Assembly (NCBI GenBank): GCA_963840855.1
Contig: CAWJBB010000041.1
Span: forward strand, 96,001 to 160,000
Length of the DNA stretch: 64,000 nt
Source of the DNA: an uncultured delta proteobacterium
GTDB lineage: Bacteria > Desulfobacterota > Binatia > UBA9968
Direction: 5' to 3'
Shown here: in pieces, positions 39,597 through 49,047 of the stretch
Layout: each line of letters begins with the position of its first letter
Position numbering within the stretch: the first letter of the stretch is position 1
Position numbers and translations under genes: made by a program
Notes under the pieces: model-generated
Database searches by the model: none
Seen by the model: the letters and a program-made list of their open reading frames with translations, nothing else
Told to the model about the DNA's origin: nothing

Positions 39597-41011
39597 CAAG
39601 AGTCGTCGAGCCGCAAGTCAGCTTCGCTGATCTGGAATTTCTCACTCAGGGGATCGATCTCGACCCGATTCTCAAGAGGATGTCCGACTTCCTCGATTAT
39701 CGGCCACAGATCATCGAGCCGGTGCGCCAAGATCTTCAGCGGGGTCTGAAAAAGCCTGCCACCGGCCGCACAGCCATGACCCCGGCGCAGGTGCTTCGGT
39801 CGCTGATCCTGATGCGAGTGAAGAACTGGGACTATCGGGAACTCAGCGAACGAATCGCTGACGGATACACGCTGCGCCGATTCACGGGTTTTTACAGCCG
39901 GCGCGTACCCAAGCATGACGCTTTCAATCGGGCCTTTAATAAACTTCACCCCAAAACCATACAAGCCATCAATGACTTGGTCCTTAAAGCTGCCGTCGAT
40001 CTGGGACTGGAGGACGGCAAGAGACTGCGCGTCGATACGACGGTCACCGAAACCGATATCCATCATCCAACCGATAATACTTTGCTCTGGGATATAGTGC
40101 GCGTCCTGACGCGGCTCATCGATCGTCTCGGAAAACTTCTTCCCAATGGGATCGATAACTTTACTAACCGCACACGCTGTGCACGGCGTCGCATGCAAGA
40201 GATCCAACGCATGACAGCGAGGCAACGCCACACCCAGCAAAAGGGTAAATATCGCCAACTCATCGGGACCACCGAGCAGGTCGTCCAAAATGCCCGAGGG
40301 GTGCTCGAAAAGACCAAAGATCAATGCGCTGTTGACCTGATGGACGACATTATCATTAACGAGCTTCGAAGAAAGATCGATCACTACTGCCAACTCGGCA
40401 CCCGCGTCATCGATCAGAGCAGCCGACGCGTGCTCAAGGGAGAGCAGGTTCCAACCGAGGAGAAAATCTACTCGATCTTTGAACCCCACAGTGATCTGAT
40501 CAAGCGGGGGAAAGTACAAAAACCGATGGAGTTCGGCCACAAGATCTTTCTCGCTGAAAGTGCCCGCGGTTTGATCACCCAGTACCGCGTGCTTGAAGGT
40601 AATCCCTCCGATCACATCCACGTCACACCGTCGCTGAAGCGTCATCAGGAGACTTTCGGTTTGGCTCCCGATTGGTACAGTGGTGACCGCGGCTTTTTCA
40701 GCGCTGAGAACATCAAAGCATGCCAGGATAGCACTGTGAAGCTCGTCTGCATTCCGCAGTGCGGTGGCAAAAGAACCTCCCAACGCGAAGCGCTCGAAAA
40801 GAGCTCAGAGTTCAAGAAAGGACAACGCTTCCGCGCAGGCATTGAGGGCCGCATATCCGTGCTCTTTCGCGGCCGCGGCATGAAGCGCTGTCTGGCCGAG
40901 GGACCTGAGCGCTTTGAGGTGTTGGTCGGCGCCGCTGTGCTTACCAACAACCTCATGAACATCGCTCACCTGTTAAACCAAAAGAACAAACGGCTACGAC
41001 GAGCGGCGTAG
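39593..41011 (+). CDS. DDE transposase (IS5-like/ISNCY)
   Basis: As copy 1 with a few substitutions. Confidence 0.9.
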   Translation: MTRVVEPQVSFADLEFLTQGIDLDPILKRMSDFLDYRPQIIEPVRQDLQRGLKKPATGRTAMTPAQVLRSLILMRVKNWDYRELSERIADGYTLRRFTGFYSRRVPKHDAFNRAFNKLHPKTIQAINDLVLKAAVDLGLEDGKRLRVDTTVTETDIHHPTDNTLLWDIVRVLTRLIDRLGKLLPNGIDNFTNRTRCARRRMQEIQRMTARQRHTQQKGKYRQLIGTTEQVVQNARGVLEKTKDQCAVDLMDDIIINELRRKIDHYCQLGTRVIDQSSRRVLKGEQVPTEEKIYSIFEPHSDLIKRGKVQKPMEFGHKIFLAESARGLITQYRVLEGNPSDHIHVTPSLKRHQETFGLAPDWYSGDRGFFSAENIKACQDSTVKLVCIPQCGGKRTSQREALEKSSEFKKGQRFRAGIEGRISVLFRGRGMKRCLAEGPERFEVLVGAAVLTNNLMNIAHLLNQKNKRLRRAA

Positions 41012-41472
41012 CCACTGTCGCTCTCAAACGTTCATTCGACGCTCCCTGGGCGTAGTCTTTTCTGCCATCACTGCGCGGTCCATCGAACACCCCACACGAC
41101 TCTTTGCTGTCCACTTTCAGCTCAAAATGATACAACTATGTCAGAGAAAAAACTTGACCCATGTCGCACCCGTAAGATTTTTTGCGAGTTTCGCGACAGA
41201 AACTAGCTAGGGCGTGCGCCATCCACGTGTTGCTTTCCGCGTCCAGCGCTTCTGCGATGGTCCCATTTTAAATTTTTGCTTTCTGAGCGTAGTTGAGCAA
41301 TTCAGGTGCCAGTTTTTTGCGCAACGGGTTTTTACAGGCAAATATGAAAACTGCGGGGCTACCACTATCGCCGCGCGGCTATAGCAAACTGGAAGGTCGT
41401 CGTAATCAACGCAGGAATGAGAAAGGGTTTTTCGTATCGCCGCACGGCGATAGCATTGTCCCTCGCGGCGAC

Positions 41473-41580
41473 GTGAACCTCTGCCCCGACATTGAGCGTC
41501 TCTGCCACCGGTGCCTGGTGAAAGCATTCAGCAGCCGCGTGGTCGTGCGTCCGCCCGTGCCGGACGACGAGCCGACGTGA
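41473..41580 (+). CDS. Cys-rich micro-ORF, copy b (may start further upstream)
   Basis: VNLCPDIERLCHRCLVKAFSSRVVVRPPVPDDEPT. Confidence 0.45.
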   Translation: MNLCPDIERLCHRCLVKAFSSRVVVRPPVPDDEPT

Positions 41581-41830
41581 AAGTTCGAGCCGATTATCCA
41601 CATCTTTTCGACACGAGTCCGAAACCTGCCGGTCCCCTCGAAGGTATGATGAAGGCGGCGTAATTATTATTGACTTCTGAATCTGACGGCTTGGCGCGGG
41701 TGTGTCTGGCTCTGACGAAAACTAACTCTGAAGCCCCATGGCGGTGTCCCAGCCACATGAAAACTATCGGTTCAGTTGCAGCGAGTTCGGGTCCGAACCG
41801 GTCATTAGGCAGGCCGATGGCTGATGTAAT

Positions 41831-42238
41831 CTATAAGCCCGGAAGAAACAATAAAACGACAATGAGCACGCTCTCCCCAACGAGTAACAAAAGCGCTGCT
41901 TTCTCTCTGCAGCGAACATTGCGGTGCTTACGGCTCTCAGTTTCGATATTCGCTTTTCTCTGCTCTTCAGTCAGTTCAGGCCCAGAAAACATCCTGCCAA
42001 TGTCGAGGTAGCGTTCCTTCGTGACCCAGAAATTCCATATCATGAGCAAAAGCGATACAAGGCAACAAGCGACAAGAAGCAAGGAAATCGGCCTGTTTAC
42101 GGCTGGAGAGAGCAACAACAAAATCGAAAACGCGGTTAACATGATGCCGTTAACAGTCAGGAGAGCGTTCCAAAGTTGGAAGTTGGATTCGCCAGCCTTG
42201 TTTACGAAATGCTGCAGAACCGGACTGAAGTTCGCCAT
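41831..42238 (-). CDS. Hypothetical 3-TM membrane protein
   Basis: Two N-terminal and one C-terminal hydrophobic helices. Confidence 0.55.
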   Translation of the reverse strand: MANFSPVLQHFVNKAGESNFQLWNALLTVNGIMLTAFSILLLLSPAVNRPISLLLVACCLVSLLLMIWNFWVTKERYLDIGRMFSGPELTEEQRKANIETESRKHRNVRCREKAALLLLVGESVLIVVLLFLPGL

Positions 42239-42284
42239 ACTAACTTGGGTAACGCCTCAACGGTTCGGTCAGTCATGCGGCGGC

Positions 42285-42683
42285 CTATTTCCGCCCTACG
42301 CATGGAAAAGCGTTCCCCAGGCTTTCGAGAGCGACATGGAAGAAATCCGCGTGAAGACGTTGCGGATTTTTCTCCGCATAGGCCACATAGATAGAGATAA
42401 GTTGTGTTAGTTTGCTGTTTGATGGGGCACAGACCCCATGAATTGGGCCAGTGTCGTCGGCTTGCACGATTACCTTCTGAATAACACCGAACGCTCCCCA
42501 ACAAATTCCAGTTTCGTAATTCGTTGGGAACCTCACATAATCACCCGTAACTTCGGCCTTCGCTATCAGTCTACATGCTGAGAGCAGCTCTTCCGCAGAA
42601 AAGGCAAGAGCGGATTTGGAACCGCTTGCGAAAAAAAAGACGAGCAAGAACAGTCGAAGCGCTGTTGCCACTCGCATTTCCAT
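42285..42683 (-). CDS. Rap1a/Tai-like immunity protein
   Basis: Signal peptide, ELLSAC, C.G....I, VCAP, YAEKNPQRLH, AL...FPC pattern. Confidence 0.7.
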   Translation of the reverse strand: MEMRVATALRLFLLVFFFASGSKSALAFSAEELLSACRLIAKAEVTGDYVRFPTNYETGICWGAFGVIQKVIVQADDTGPIHGVCAPSNSKLTQLISIYVAYAEKNPQRLHADFFHVALESLGNAFPCVGRK

Positions 42684-42985
42684 GATCTTTTTTTGGGCCA
42701 AACCCAGTGAGTATTACTGACCAGTAATATTACCCGATCCCAAGAATCAAGGTTCAGGCAAGATTTAACTTTTTAGTCAACGAGTTGTCAATCATTTTTC
42801 GTTCGCGTCCATTCGGGTGCGTTTGACGGCACCGGAGGTCCTCGTCGTGGGTTTCTGCGAACCGACGCGCCAGGGGGTCGATCTTGTTTCCCAGGCCATG
42901 CTGCCTCGTCCTTCGTCCCCGCGACAACACTTTTTCCATTGACCTCCGCCCTGAGGAAACCTGAAGAATTGTCCCTCGCGGCGAC

Positions 42986-43102
42986 GTGAACCTTTGCCCC
43001 GATGTCGAGCGTCTGTGCCATGAGTGCCTCGTCAAAGCGTTCAGCGCCAGCTTGGTCGTGCTTCCGCCTGAGCCGGACGACGCGCCGACGTGCAGCTGTT
43101 GA
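42986..43102 (+). CDS. Cys-rich micro-ORF, copy c (38 aa)
   Basis: VNLCPDVERLCHECLVKAFSASLVVLPPEPDDAPTCSC. Confidence 0.45.
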   Translation: MNLCPDVERLCHECLVKAFSASLVVLPPEPDDAPTCSC

Positions 43103-43668
43103 ATCTCGGTTTAAAAAGGCACTCTCCTCGTAAAATCACCAAAACTGCCGTCATAACGTGGTTATAAATGGCGTTGGAGCGCGGAAAAAAAATTCTTGGT
43201 GCGCGCGCAACAACGGACCCAGGATCGCAACTGCCCTTTGGGCCGGACATCAGCCCCGAGAAAACGAGAAGTCTTTACCGGGCAAAATCAAAAAACGGTG
43301 GACGATGTTCGGGCCGATAAGGTGGGCGAGTCGCGATGGGGCTGTCGCAGGCGCAACTGGGACGCCTGCTGAAGTATGCGGGGCCTAACACCATCTCAAG
43401 AAAAGAGCGCGGTGAGCACTCGGTTCAGCATGTCGAGGCGATTGCAGTGATGTACCTGGCGACGCTCGCGCTGTGCAGAGAGGAGGTAAAAATGGAGTGG
43501 CCTTGAGGAACGCCGTGCGTCTTGAGCGGCGTCACACCACGCATATTCCGCTGCTCACCTGGCGCACGACGCAATGACAACGCAAACTCAACGGCGCGGC
43601 TCTTGATGATTTCGTGGTCGTACCCTTCATTTTTTCCCGTTCGTTCACGTCTTTCTCCTTTTCTTTTG

Positions 43669-44100
43669 TCACGGGCTTTCACGGTCTGGTTTCTGCCTCA
43701 GTTCCACGACCCAAAAGCCTGTAATGTTCACAGCAAGCCAAACAAGCCCCCCGAGCAGCTTGCTTCCCGTGAAGTATGCGAGGATTTCAGCCGCCACACC
43801 ACCCAAGATGGAGAAAGCGACCAACTCCAACATTGCGACCGCGAGCCATTTGAGAAAGGTCAAACCCCGCTTCCAACAGAACCAAATCACGAAAGCGTAA
43901 GAGGCGCTCATCACAGCGAACAGCTGTACGCGGATTAATGGGTCCCACCCTGATGGGTCCCGCCACACGACAATGATGAGGGGGGGCATGAGGAAACACC
44001 ACCATCCGACCACCCCCGCTCCATACCTCTTCGCAGCTCTGCCAAGCGCGTTAAATACCCGCCGAGAACCTCGCCAGTGGGAACTGCCTAATGCGTCCAT
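43669..44100 (-). CDS. Hypothetical 4-TM membrane protein
   Basis: GGAGG RBS; hydrophobic helices. Confidence 0.45.
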   Translation of the reverse strand: MDALGSSHWRGSRRVFNALGRAAKRYGAGVVGWWCFLMPPLIIVVWRDPSGWDPLIRVQLFAVMSASYAFVIWFCWKRGLTFLKWLAVAMLELVAFSILGGVAAEILAYFTGSKLLGGLVWLAVNITGFWVVELRQKPDRESP

Positions 44101-44175
44101 CTCGCCTCCCTCTGCTTCGCCTCTCGCTTTCACCCATAGCGCATCAATCAGTTTTTTGTCTGTCCTCGGTTTCGG

Positions 44176-44379
44176 TTACTTCCTCTCCTTTTTGCCCTGG
44201 CTGCGGCTTTGGGGGTGTCTATCACGGATGATTTTTTGGGCCTTGTCCACAAATGCCTTCTCCGCTTTGTCTTTTGTGGGAAATGGCTCGGTTTCCAACT
44301 TGACGCTTGGGTTAGATTCGAGGTAGCCCCGAGCGACCCAACTTTCAGTCCCTGCGACCCGTACCACATCATACATAAA
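44176..44379 (-). CDS. Small hypothetical protein
   Basis: GGAG RBS before MYDVVRV; plausible composition. Confidence 0.35.
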   Translation of the reverse strand, partial: FMYDVVRVAGTESWVARGYLESNPSVKLETEPFPTKDKAEKAFVDKAQKIIRDRHPQSRSQGKKERK

Positions 44380-44484
44380 TGTTTCTCCCCTGTGTTTGTA
44401 GGGGATTTGCGTGTGTGAATCTCTAGCCATAATACACCCTTTATAGTATAGCGCTCCGAGAAAAAAACCTCTTTGGTCCTATCC

Positions 44485-44648
44485 AAAGGCTGTGGTTTCC
44501 GCAGTACAATCACAGTACAAAACGCGTGTTGTAATGTGCCTATTTGTGGCGAAATGTGGTGGAATGAGGAAATACGAAAAGCGAGGAAAAGCGCAGGGAA
44601 ACAGAGCGTAACTCATGTTTTCCCTGCGCCGATGCCCTCCTAGGCAAG
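44485..44648 (+). repeat. Conserved right arm, copy 2, AGTACAA x2 at 11-bp period
   Basis: AGTACAA at 44503 and 44514 followed by aacgcgtgttg.aatg.gcctat.tgtggcg, as at 34321. Confidence 0.75.
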
Positions 44649-44707
44649 CGGTCTTGAAAACCGGCGTCCATTCGTGGACCGCGAGTTCAAATCTCGTCCC
44701 CTCCGCC
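44649..44707 (+). repeat. tRNA-Ser 3' fragment, outer att-like boundary
   Basis: One mismatch to 32585-32643; ends CCG rather than CCA. Confidence 0.9.
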
Positions 44708-44850
44708 GATTCTGACCGACACCTATCCTTCCCCTCGCCGAAGTTGGAGTAATGGAGTGGTAGAGTAATGGGTAGGACGTGCATCAGCGCGGTTGCGCAT
44801 GGGGGCGCGCTCTGTTTACCTATCTTCAAAAGGATGGAGGGTAATTCACG

Positions 44851-46254
44851 ATGGCGAGTTCGGCAGCGCCGACATTGCAGTTTCTCGGGGCCGCGGGCGG
44901 GGTGACCGGTTCGAAGTTTTTGTTCGCCAGGAACTCCGATCTAGGTACTGATCGATTGCGGGTTATTCCAGGGGCTTAAGGAACTGCGCTTGAAAAACTG
45001 GGCGCCCGTGCCCATCGACCTGGCGCGGCTGCGCGCGGTGGTGTTGACCCACGCGCACATCGATCACTCCGGCTATCTGCCGCGGCTCGTCGCCAAGGGC
45101 TATCGCGGTCCCATCTTCGCGACCCCCGGAACTTGCGATCTGCTGGGAGTCATGTTGCCCGACGCGGCGCACTTGCAGGAAGAAGAAGCGCGCTACGCCA
45201 ACCAGAAGGGTTATTCGAAGCATGCCCCGGCGTTGCCGCTTTATACGGTGGAAGACGCCGAGCTCGCCCTGCGGCTTTTGCGGCCAACGAAAAATAGCGA
45301 AGCCGTCGAAGTGGCCAAAGGCGTGTTCGTCGATTTCGGCCGGGTCGGTCATATACTCGGCGCGGGCTCGGTGCGGCTCTCCTTCGAGGACAACGGCGGA
45401 AAAAAATATTTGCTGGATTCCGGCGATCTGGGGCGTTACCAGAGGCCCATTCTCAAAGATCCCGAACCGGCCAAGCCCGCCGACTGGCTGCTAATCGAAT
45501 CGACTTATGGCAATCGCTTGCACCCCCAGGAATCGGAACAAGAGCTGGGAAATATTATCACGGAGGTTGCGGATCAGCACGGCTGCTTGATAATTCCAGC
45601 ATTTGCCATCGGCCGAACCCAAGAACTGCTCTACACGATTCGCAAGCTGGAGGATGAAGGCGCGATCCCGGCGCTCCCGGTGCATGTCGATAGCCCGATG
45701 GGCATCGAAGCAACAGAAATTTATTGCCGGCATACCGACGAGCACGATTTCGAGATGGCGTCGTTGTGCAATCACGCGCGCTCCCCGCTCAGCTCGCGGC
45801 ATTTGACCGTGCACAGAACGCCGAACAGTCGAAGTCGATTAATAAGCTCAAAGGTCCGCTGATCATTGTTTCGGCGAGCGGCATGGCGACGGGCGGGCGC
45901 GTTCTGCATCATCTCAAGCAACGCCTACCCGATCCCAATACCACGGTGCTCTTGGCCGGCTACCAAGCCGAAGGCACGCGCGGCCGGCTGCTGCAAGACG
46001 GCGCCAAAGAGATCAAGCTGCTCGGCGAAGTCGTTCCCGTGCGCGCTAAGACAAAACTGCTCGATGGTTTTTCCGCCCATGCGGATCAAGGTGAAATCCT
46101 GCGCTGGCTTGGGACCTTTCAAAAAGCGCCGCGCAAAACTTACATCGTTCACGGCGAGCCGGCGGCGGCTTCGGCCTTGGCGGATGTCATCGGTGAACGG
46201 CTCAAGTGGCCCGTGGAGATCGCCAAATTTAATCAAAAGGTATCGCTGGCATGA
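44851..46254 (+). CDS. Metallo-beta-lactamase beta-CASP family ribonuclease, frameshifts near 44940 and 45820
   Basis: FLGAAGGVTGS, IDCGLFQG, THAHIDH, GHILG, ESTYG, SASGMATGGR, FSAHAD. Confidence 0.85.
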
Positions 46255-46455
46255 TTCAAGGGGCTCGTTCAAACAGTTCAAGCCGTTCAAGTAGTTCAAG
46301 CCGTTACAGATAGCAGAAAGCATTTTGAACCGTTTGCATGTTCTTATTAGCGGGCACAAAAATTAACTGCACTCAGCCGGTTCGAGTAGTCCAAGGCGTT
46401 ACAAACATCCGGAAACGATTTGAACGACTTGAACGTCTTGAACGATTGGAACGTA
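46255..46455. repeat. Nonamer GTTCAAnnn / TTGAACnnn inverted arrays
   Basis: gttcaaacagttcaagccgttcaagtagttcaagcc ... ttgaacgacttgaacgtcttgaacgattggaacg. Confidence 0.75.
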
Positions 46456-46465
46456 GAGGAAAATC

Positions 46466-48901
46466 GTGACCGATCCAATCTGCGATATGAAGGTGGAGCC
46501 GGAAAGCGCCGCCGGCAAGTTCGATTACGAACGGGAGACTTATTATTTTTGCAGTGTCCACTGCCAAAAGCTCTTCGCCAGCGATCCGGCAAAGTATCTG
46601 AGCGCCGCAAAGGCGCGCCAAAAAACTTCAGCAGTTCAGCACCATCACGCGCCGGCCCAGCCTGAAGTTCCAGGCGGCATATACACTTGTCCCATGGACC
46701 CGGAAGTGCGCCAGGTGGGCGCCGGCGCTTGCCCCAAGTGCGGCATGGCGCTCGAACCGCTCGAAGTCACCGCACCGTCAACCAAGACCGAATATGTTTG
46801 TCCCATGCACCCCGAAGTCGTGCGCGACGCGCCCGGCTCATGTCCAATTTGCGGCATGGCGTTGGAACCCCGCGTCGTAACGCTGGCGGAAGAGAAAAAT
46901 CCGGAATTGGAAAATATGACCCGCCGCTTCTGGGTGGGCGTTATTTTATCTGCGCCAGTTTTTCTCGTCGCCATGTCGGATATGATTCCAGGCCAACCAT
47001 TGCATCAGATATTTTCATCGAGATGGCTAACCTGGTTTCAATTCGCCCTGGCGACGCCGGTGGTGTTGTGGTGCGGCTGGCCGTTTTTCGAGCGCGCCTG
47101 GGCCTCGGTCGTCAATCGAAGCCTCAACATGTTCACCTTGATCGGCATCGGCGTAGGCACCGCCTATCTGTACAGCGTTGCGGCGGTGCTGTTTCCCGGC
47201 GCTTTTCCGGATTCGCTTCGCGGCCACGGCGGCCAAATCGGCGTCTACTTCGAAGCCGCCGCCGTCATCACGACTTTGGTTCTTCTCGGTCAGGTGCTGG
47301 AACTGCGCGCGCGCAGCCGCACCAGCGGCGCCATCAAGGCTTTGCTTGGACTTGCGCCCAAAACGGCGCGCCGTGTCGCTGCGGACGGAAGCGAAGAGGA
47401 CGTCCCCTTGGAGCAGGTAAGGGTTGGCGATCTGTTGCGCGTGCGTCCCGGCGAAAAGATACCCGTCGATGGGATCGTCGTCGATGGGCAGAGCGCCGTC
47501 GATGAATCAATGGTCACCGGCGAGCCGATTCCCGTCGAGAAACTTCCGAACAGCAAAGTCATCGGCGGCACGGTCAACGGCACCGGAAGTTTTTTGATAC
47601 GCGCCGAGCGGGTTGGCGCTGATACCTTGCTGGCGCAGATTGTGCGCATGGTGAGCGAGGCGCAGCGCAGCCGTGCGCCGATCCAAAAATTAGCCGACCG
47701 GGTATCCGCCTATTTCGTGCCCGCGGTGGTCGCGGTCGCGGTTGTGACTTTTATCATCTGGGCGACAGCGGGGCCGGAACCGCGCTTAGCCTACGCTTTG
47801 GTCAATGCCGTAGCGGTGCTCATCATCGCCTGTCCCTGCGCTCTCGGCTTGGCTACGCCGATGTCGATCATGGTCGGCACCGGGCGTGGCGCCACGGCCG
47901 GGGTACTTATCAAAAACGCGGAGGCCCTCGAAGTGCTGGAAAAAGTGGATACGTTGGTCGTCGATAAGACCGGCACCCTCACGGAGGGAAAACCGCGGCT
48001 TGCCGCCGTCGTTGCCGTGGAGGGCGTCGATGAAGCCGAGCTACTAAGACTGGCCGCGAGTCTGGAAAAGGCCAGCGAGCATCCACTGGCGGGCGCCATT
48101 GTTGCGGGTGCCCAGGAGCGTAAATTGGCGCTCGCTCGCGACCAGGGTTTTCAGTCGTATACTGGCAAAGGTGTCGTCGGCATGGTCGATGGCAAGCGTA
48201 TGGCCCTGGGCAATTCGCAGTTGTTCGACGAACTAAAAATAAACACCGACGCGTTGCGCGCTCGCGCCGAAGCGCTGCGCGCCGAGGGCCAGACGGTGAT
48301 GTTCGTGGCGATCGAAAAAAAGCTGGCGGGTTTGATCGGCGTAGCTGACCCCATCAAGGCGTCGACGCCCGATGCGATCCGCCAGTTGCACGACGACGGC
48401 GTGCGCATCGTGATGCTCACGGGAGATAGCCGGGCGACGGCCGGAGCAGTGGCGCGCAAGCTCGGCATCGACGAGGTCCACGCCGAAGTGCTGCCAAGCC
48501 GGAAAGGGGAGATCGTCAAACAACTTCAGTCCGAAGGACGAATCGTCGCCATGGCTGGCGACGGCGTCAATGATGCTCCCGCGCTGGCGCAAGCTCACGT
48601 CGGCATCGCCATGGGCACGGGCACGGACATCGCCATCGAAAGCGCCGCAGTGACGTTGATCAAAGGCGACTTGAACGGCATCGTTAAAGTCCGCAAACTC
48701 AGCCGCGCCACGATGCGCAATATCCGGCAAAATCTTTTTTTCGCATTCTTTTACAACCTGCTCGGCGTGCCGATTGCAGCCGGTATTCTTTATCCCTTCT
48801 TTGGACTGCTTTTAAACCCGATGATCGCCAGCGCCGCGATGACCTTCAGTTCGGTGTCGGTCATTACTAATGCGCTACGGCTGAACAAGGTCGAACTGTA
48901 A
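46466..48901 (+). CDS. copA: Cu(I)/Ag-translocating P1B ATPase with YHS and two CPM(H/D)P metal-binding domains
   Basis: DPICDM/YYFCS, YTCPMDP and [28 protein letters not shown] and MxxSS. Confidence 0.92.
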   Translation: MTDPICDMKVEPESAAGKFDYERETYYFCSVHCQKLFASDPAKYLSAAKARQKTSAVQHHHAPAQPEVPGGIYTCPMDPEVRQVGAGACPKCGMALEPLEVTAPSTKTEYVCPMHPEVVRDAPGSCPICGMALEPRVVTLAEEKNPELENMTRRFWVGVILSAPVFLVAMSDMIPGQPLHQIFSSRWLTWFQFALATPVVLWCGWPFFERAWASVVNRSLNMFTLIGIGVGTAYLYSVAAVLFPGAFPDSLRGHGGQIGVYFEAAAVITTLVLLGQVLELRARSRTSGAIKALLGLAPKTARRVAADGSEEDVPLEQVRVGDLLRVRPGEKIPVDGIVVDGQSAVDESMVTGEPIPVEKLPNSKVIGGTVNGTGSFLIRAERVGADTLLAQIVRMVSEAQRSRAPIQKLADRVSAYFVPAVVAVAVVTFIIWATAGPEPRLAYALVNAVAVLIIACPCALGLATPMSIMVGTGRGATAGVLIKNAEALEVLEKVDTLVVDKTGTLTEGKPRLAAVVAVEGVDEAELLRLAASLEKASEHPLAGAIVAGAQERKLALARDQGFQSYTGKGVVGMVDGKRMALGNSQLFDELKINTDALRARAEALRAEGQTVMFVAIEKKLAGLIGVADPIKASTPDAIRQLHDDGVRIVMLTGDSRATAGAVARKLGIDEVHAEVLPSRKGEIVKQLQSEGRIVAMAGDGVNDAPALAQAHVGIAMGTGTDIAIESAAVTLIKGDLNGIVKVRKLSRATMRNIRQNLFFAFFYNLLGVPIAAGILYPFFGLLLNPMIASAAMTFSSVSVITNALRLNKVEL

Positions 48902-49047
48902 GCGAAATCATCGCCGGGCGGCCGAAATCAAACCCGTTGGGTGGGTAAGTTTGCTTTCCGGCGCAATTGAGATAGATAAACATCCGTATGTGGGCGAGTC
49001 ATCGTCCCGGCGTATCTCTCGCGGGCGTCTCCGAGTGACCGTAACTT

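Larger units (their letters stand above)
39144..41203 (+). mobile_element. IS5-like/ISNCY insertion sequence, copy 2 (tandem)
   Basis: Same IRs; TAGCTA at 39138-39143 and 41204-41209. Confidence 0.9.
34528..44707. mobile_element. Integrase-less tRNA-Ser islet B (about 10.2 kb including 4.1 kb of IS)
   Basis: Starts with the 226-bp arm; ends with the right arm plus tRNA 3' fragment. Confidence 0.7.

Noticed and set aside
37522-40783. About 400-aa antisense ORFs over the IS transposases (also 29799-30827 over ISL3)
   Set aside because: Antisense shadows of GC-rich transposase genes with no recognisable motifs
37080-41203. Tandem IS as a pure assembly duplication
   Set aside because: Multiple substitutions distinguish the copies and the target hexamer appears three times; not fully excluded without reads
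31372-44707. Recurring 60-bp repeat as a CRISPR array
   Set aside because: The repeats are tRNA-Ser sequence separated by kilobases of unequal length; no cas genes
32645-44707. Intact prophage or ICE
   Set aside because: No integrase, terminase, capsid, relaxase or T4SS genes recognisable
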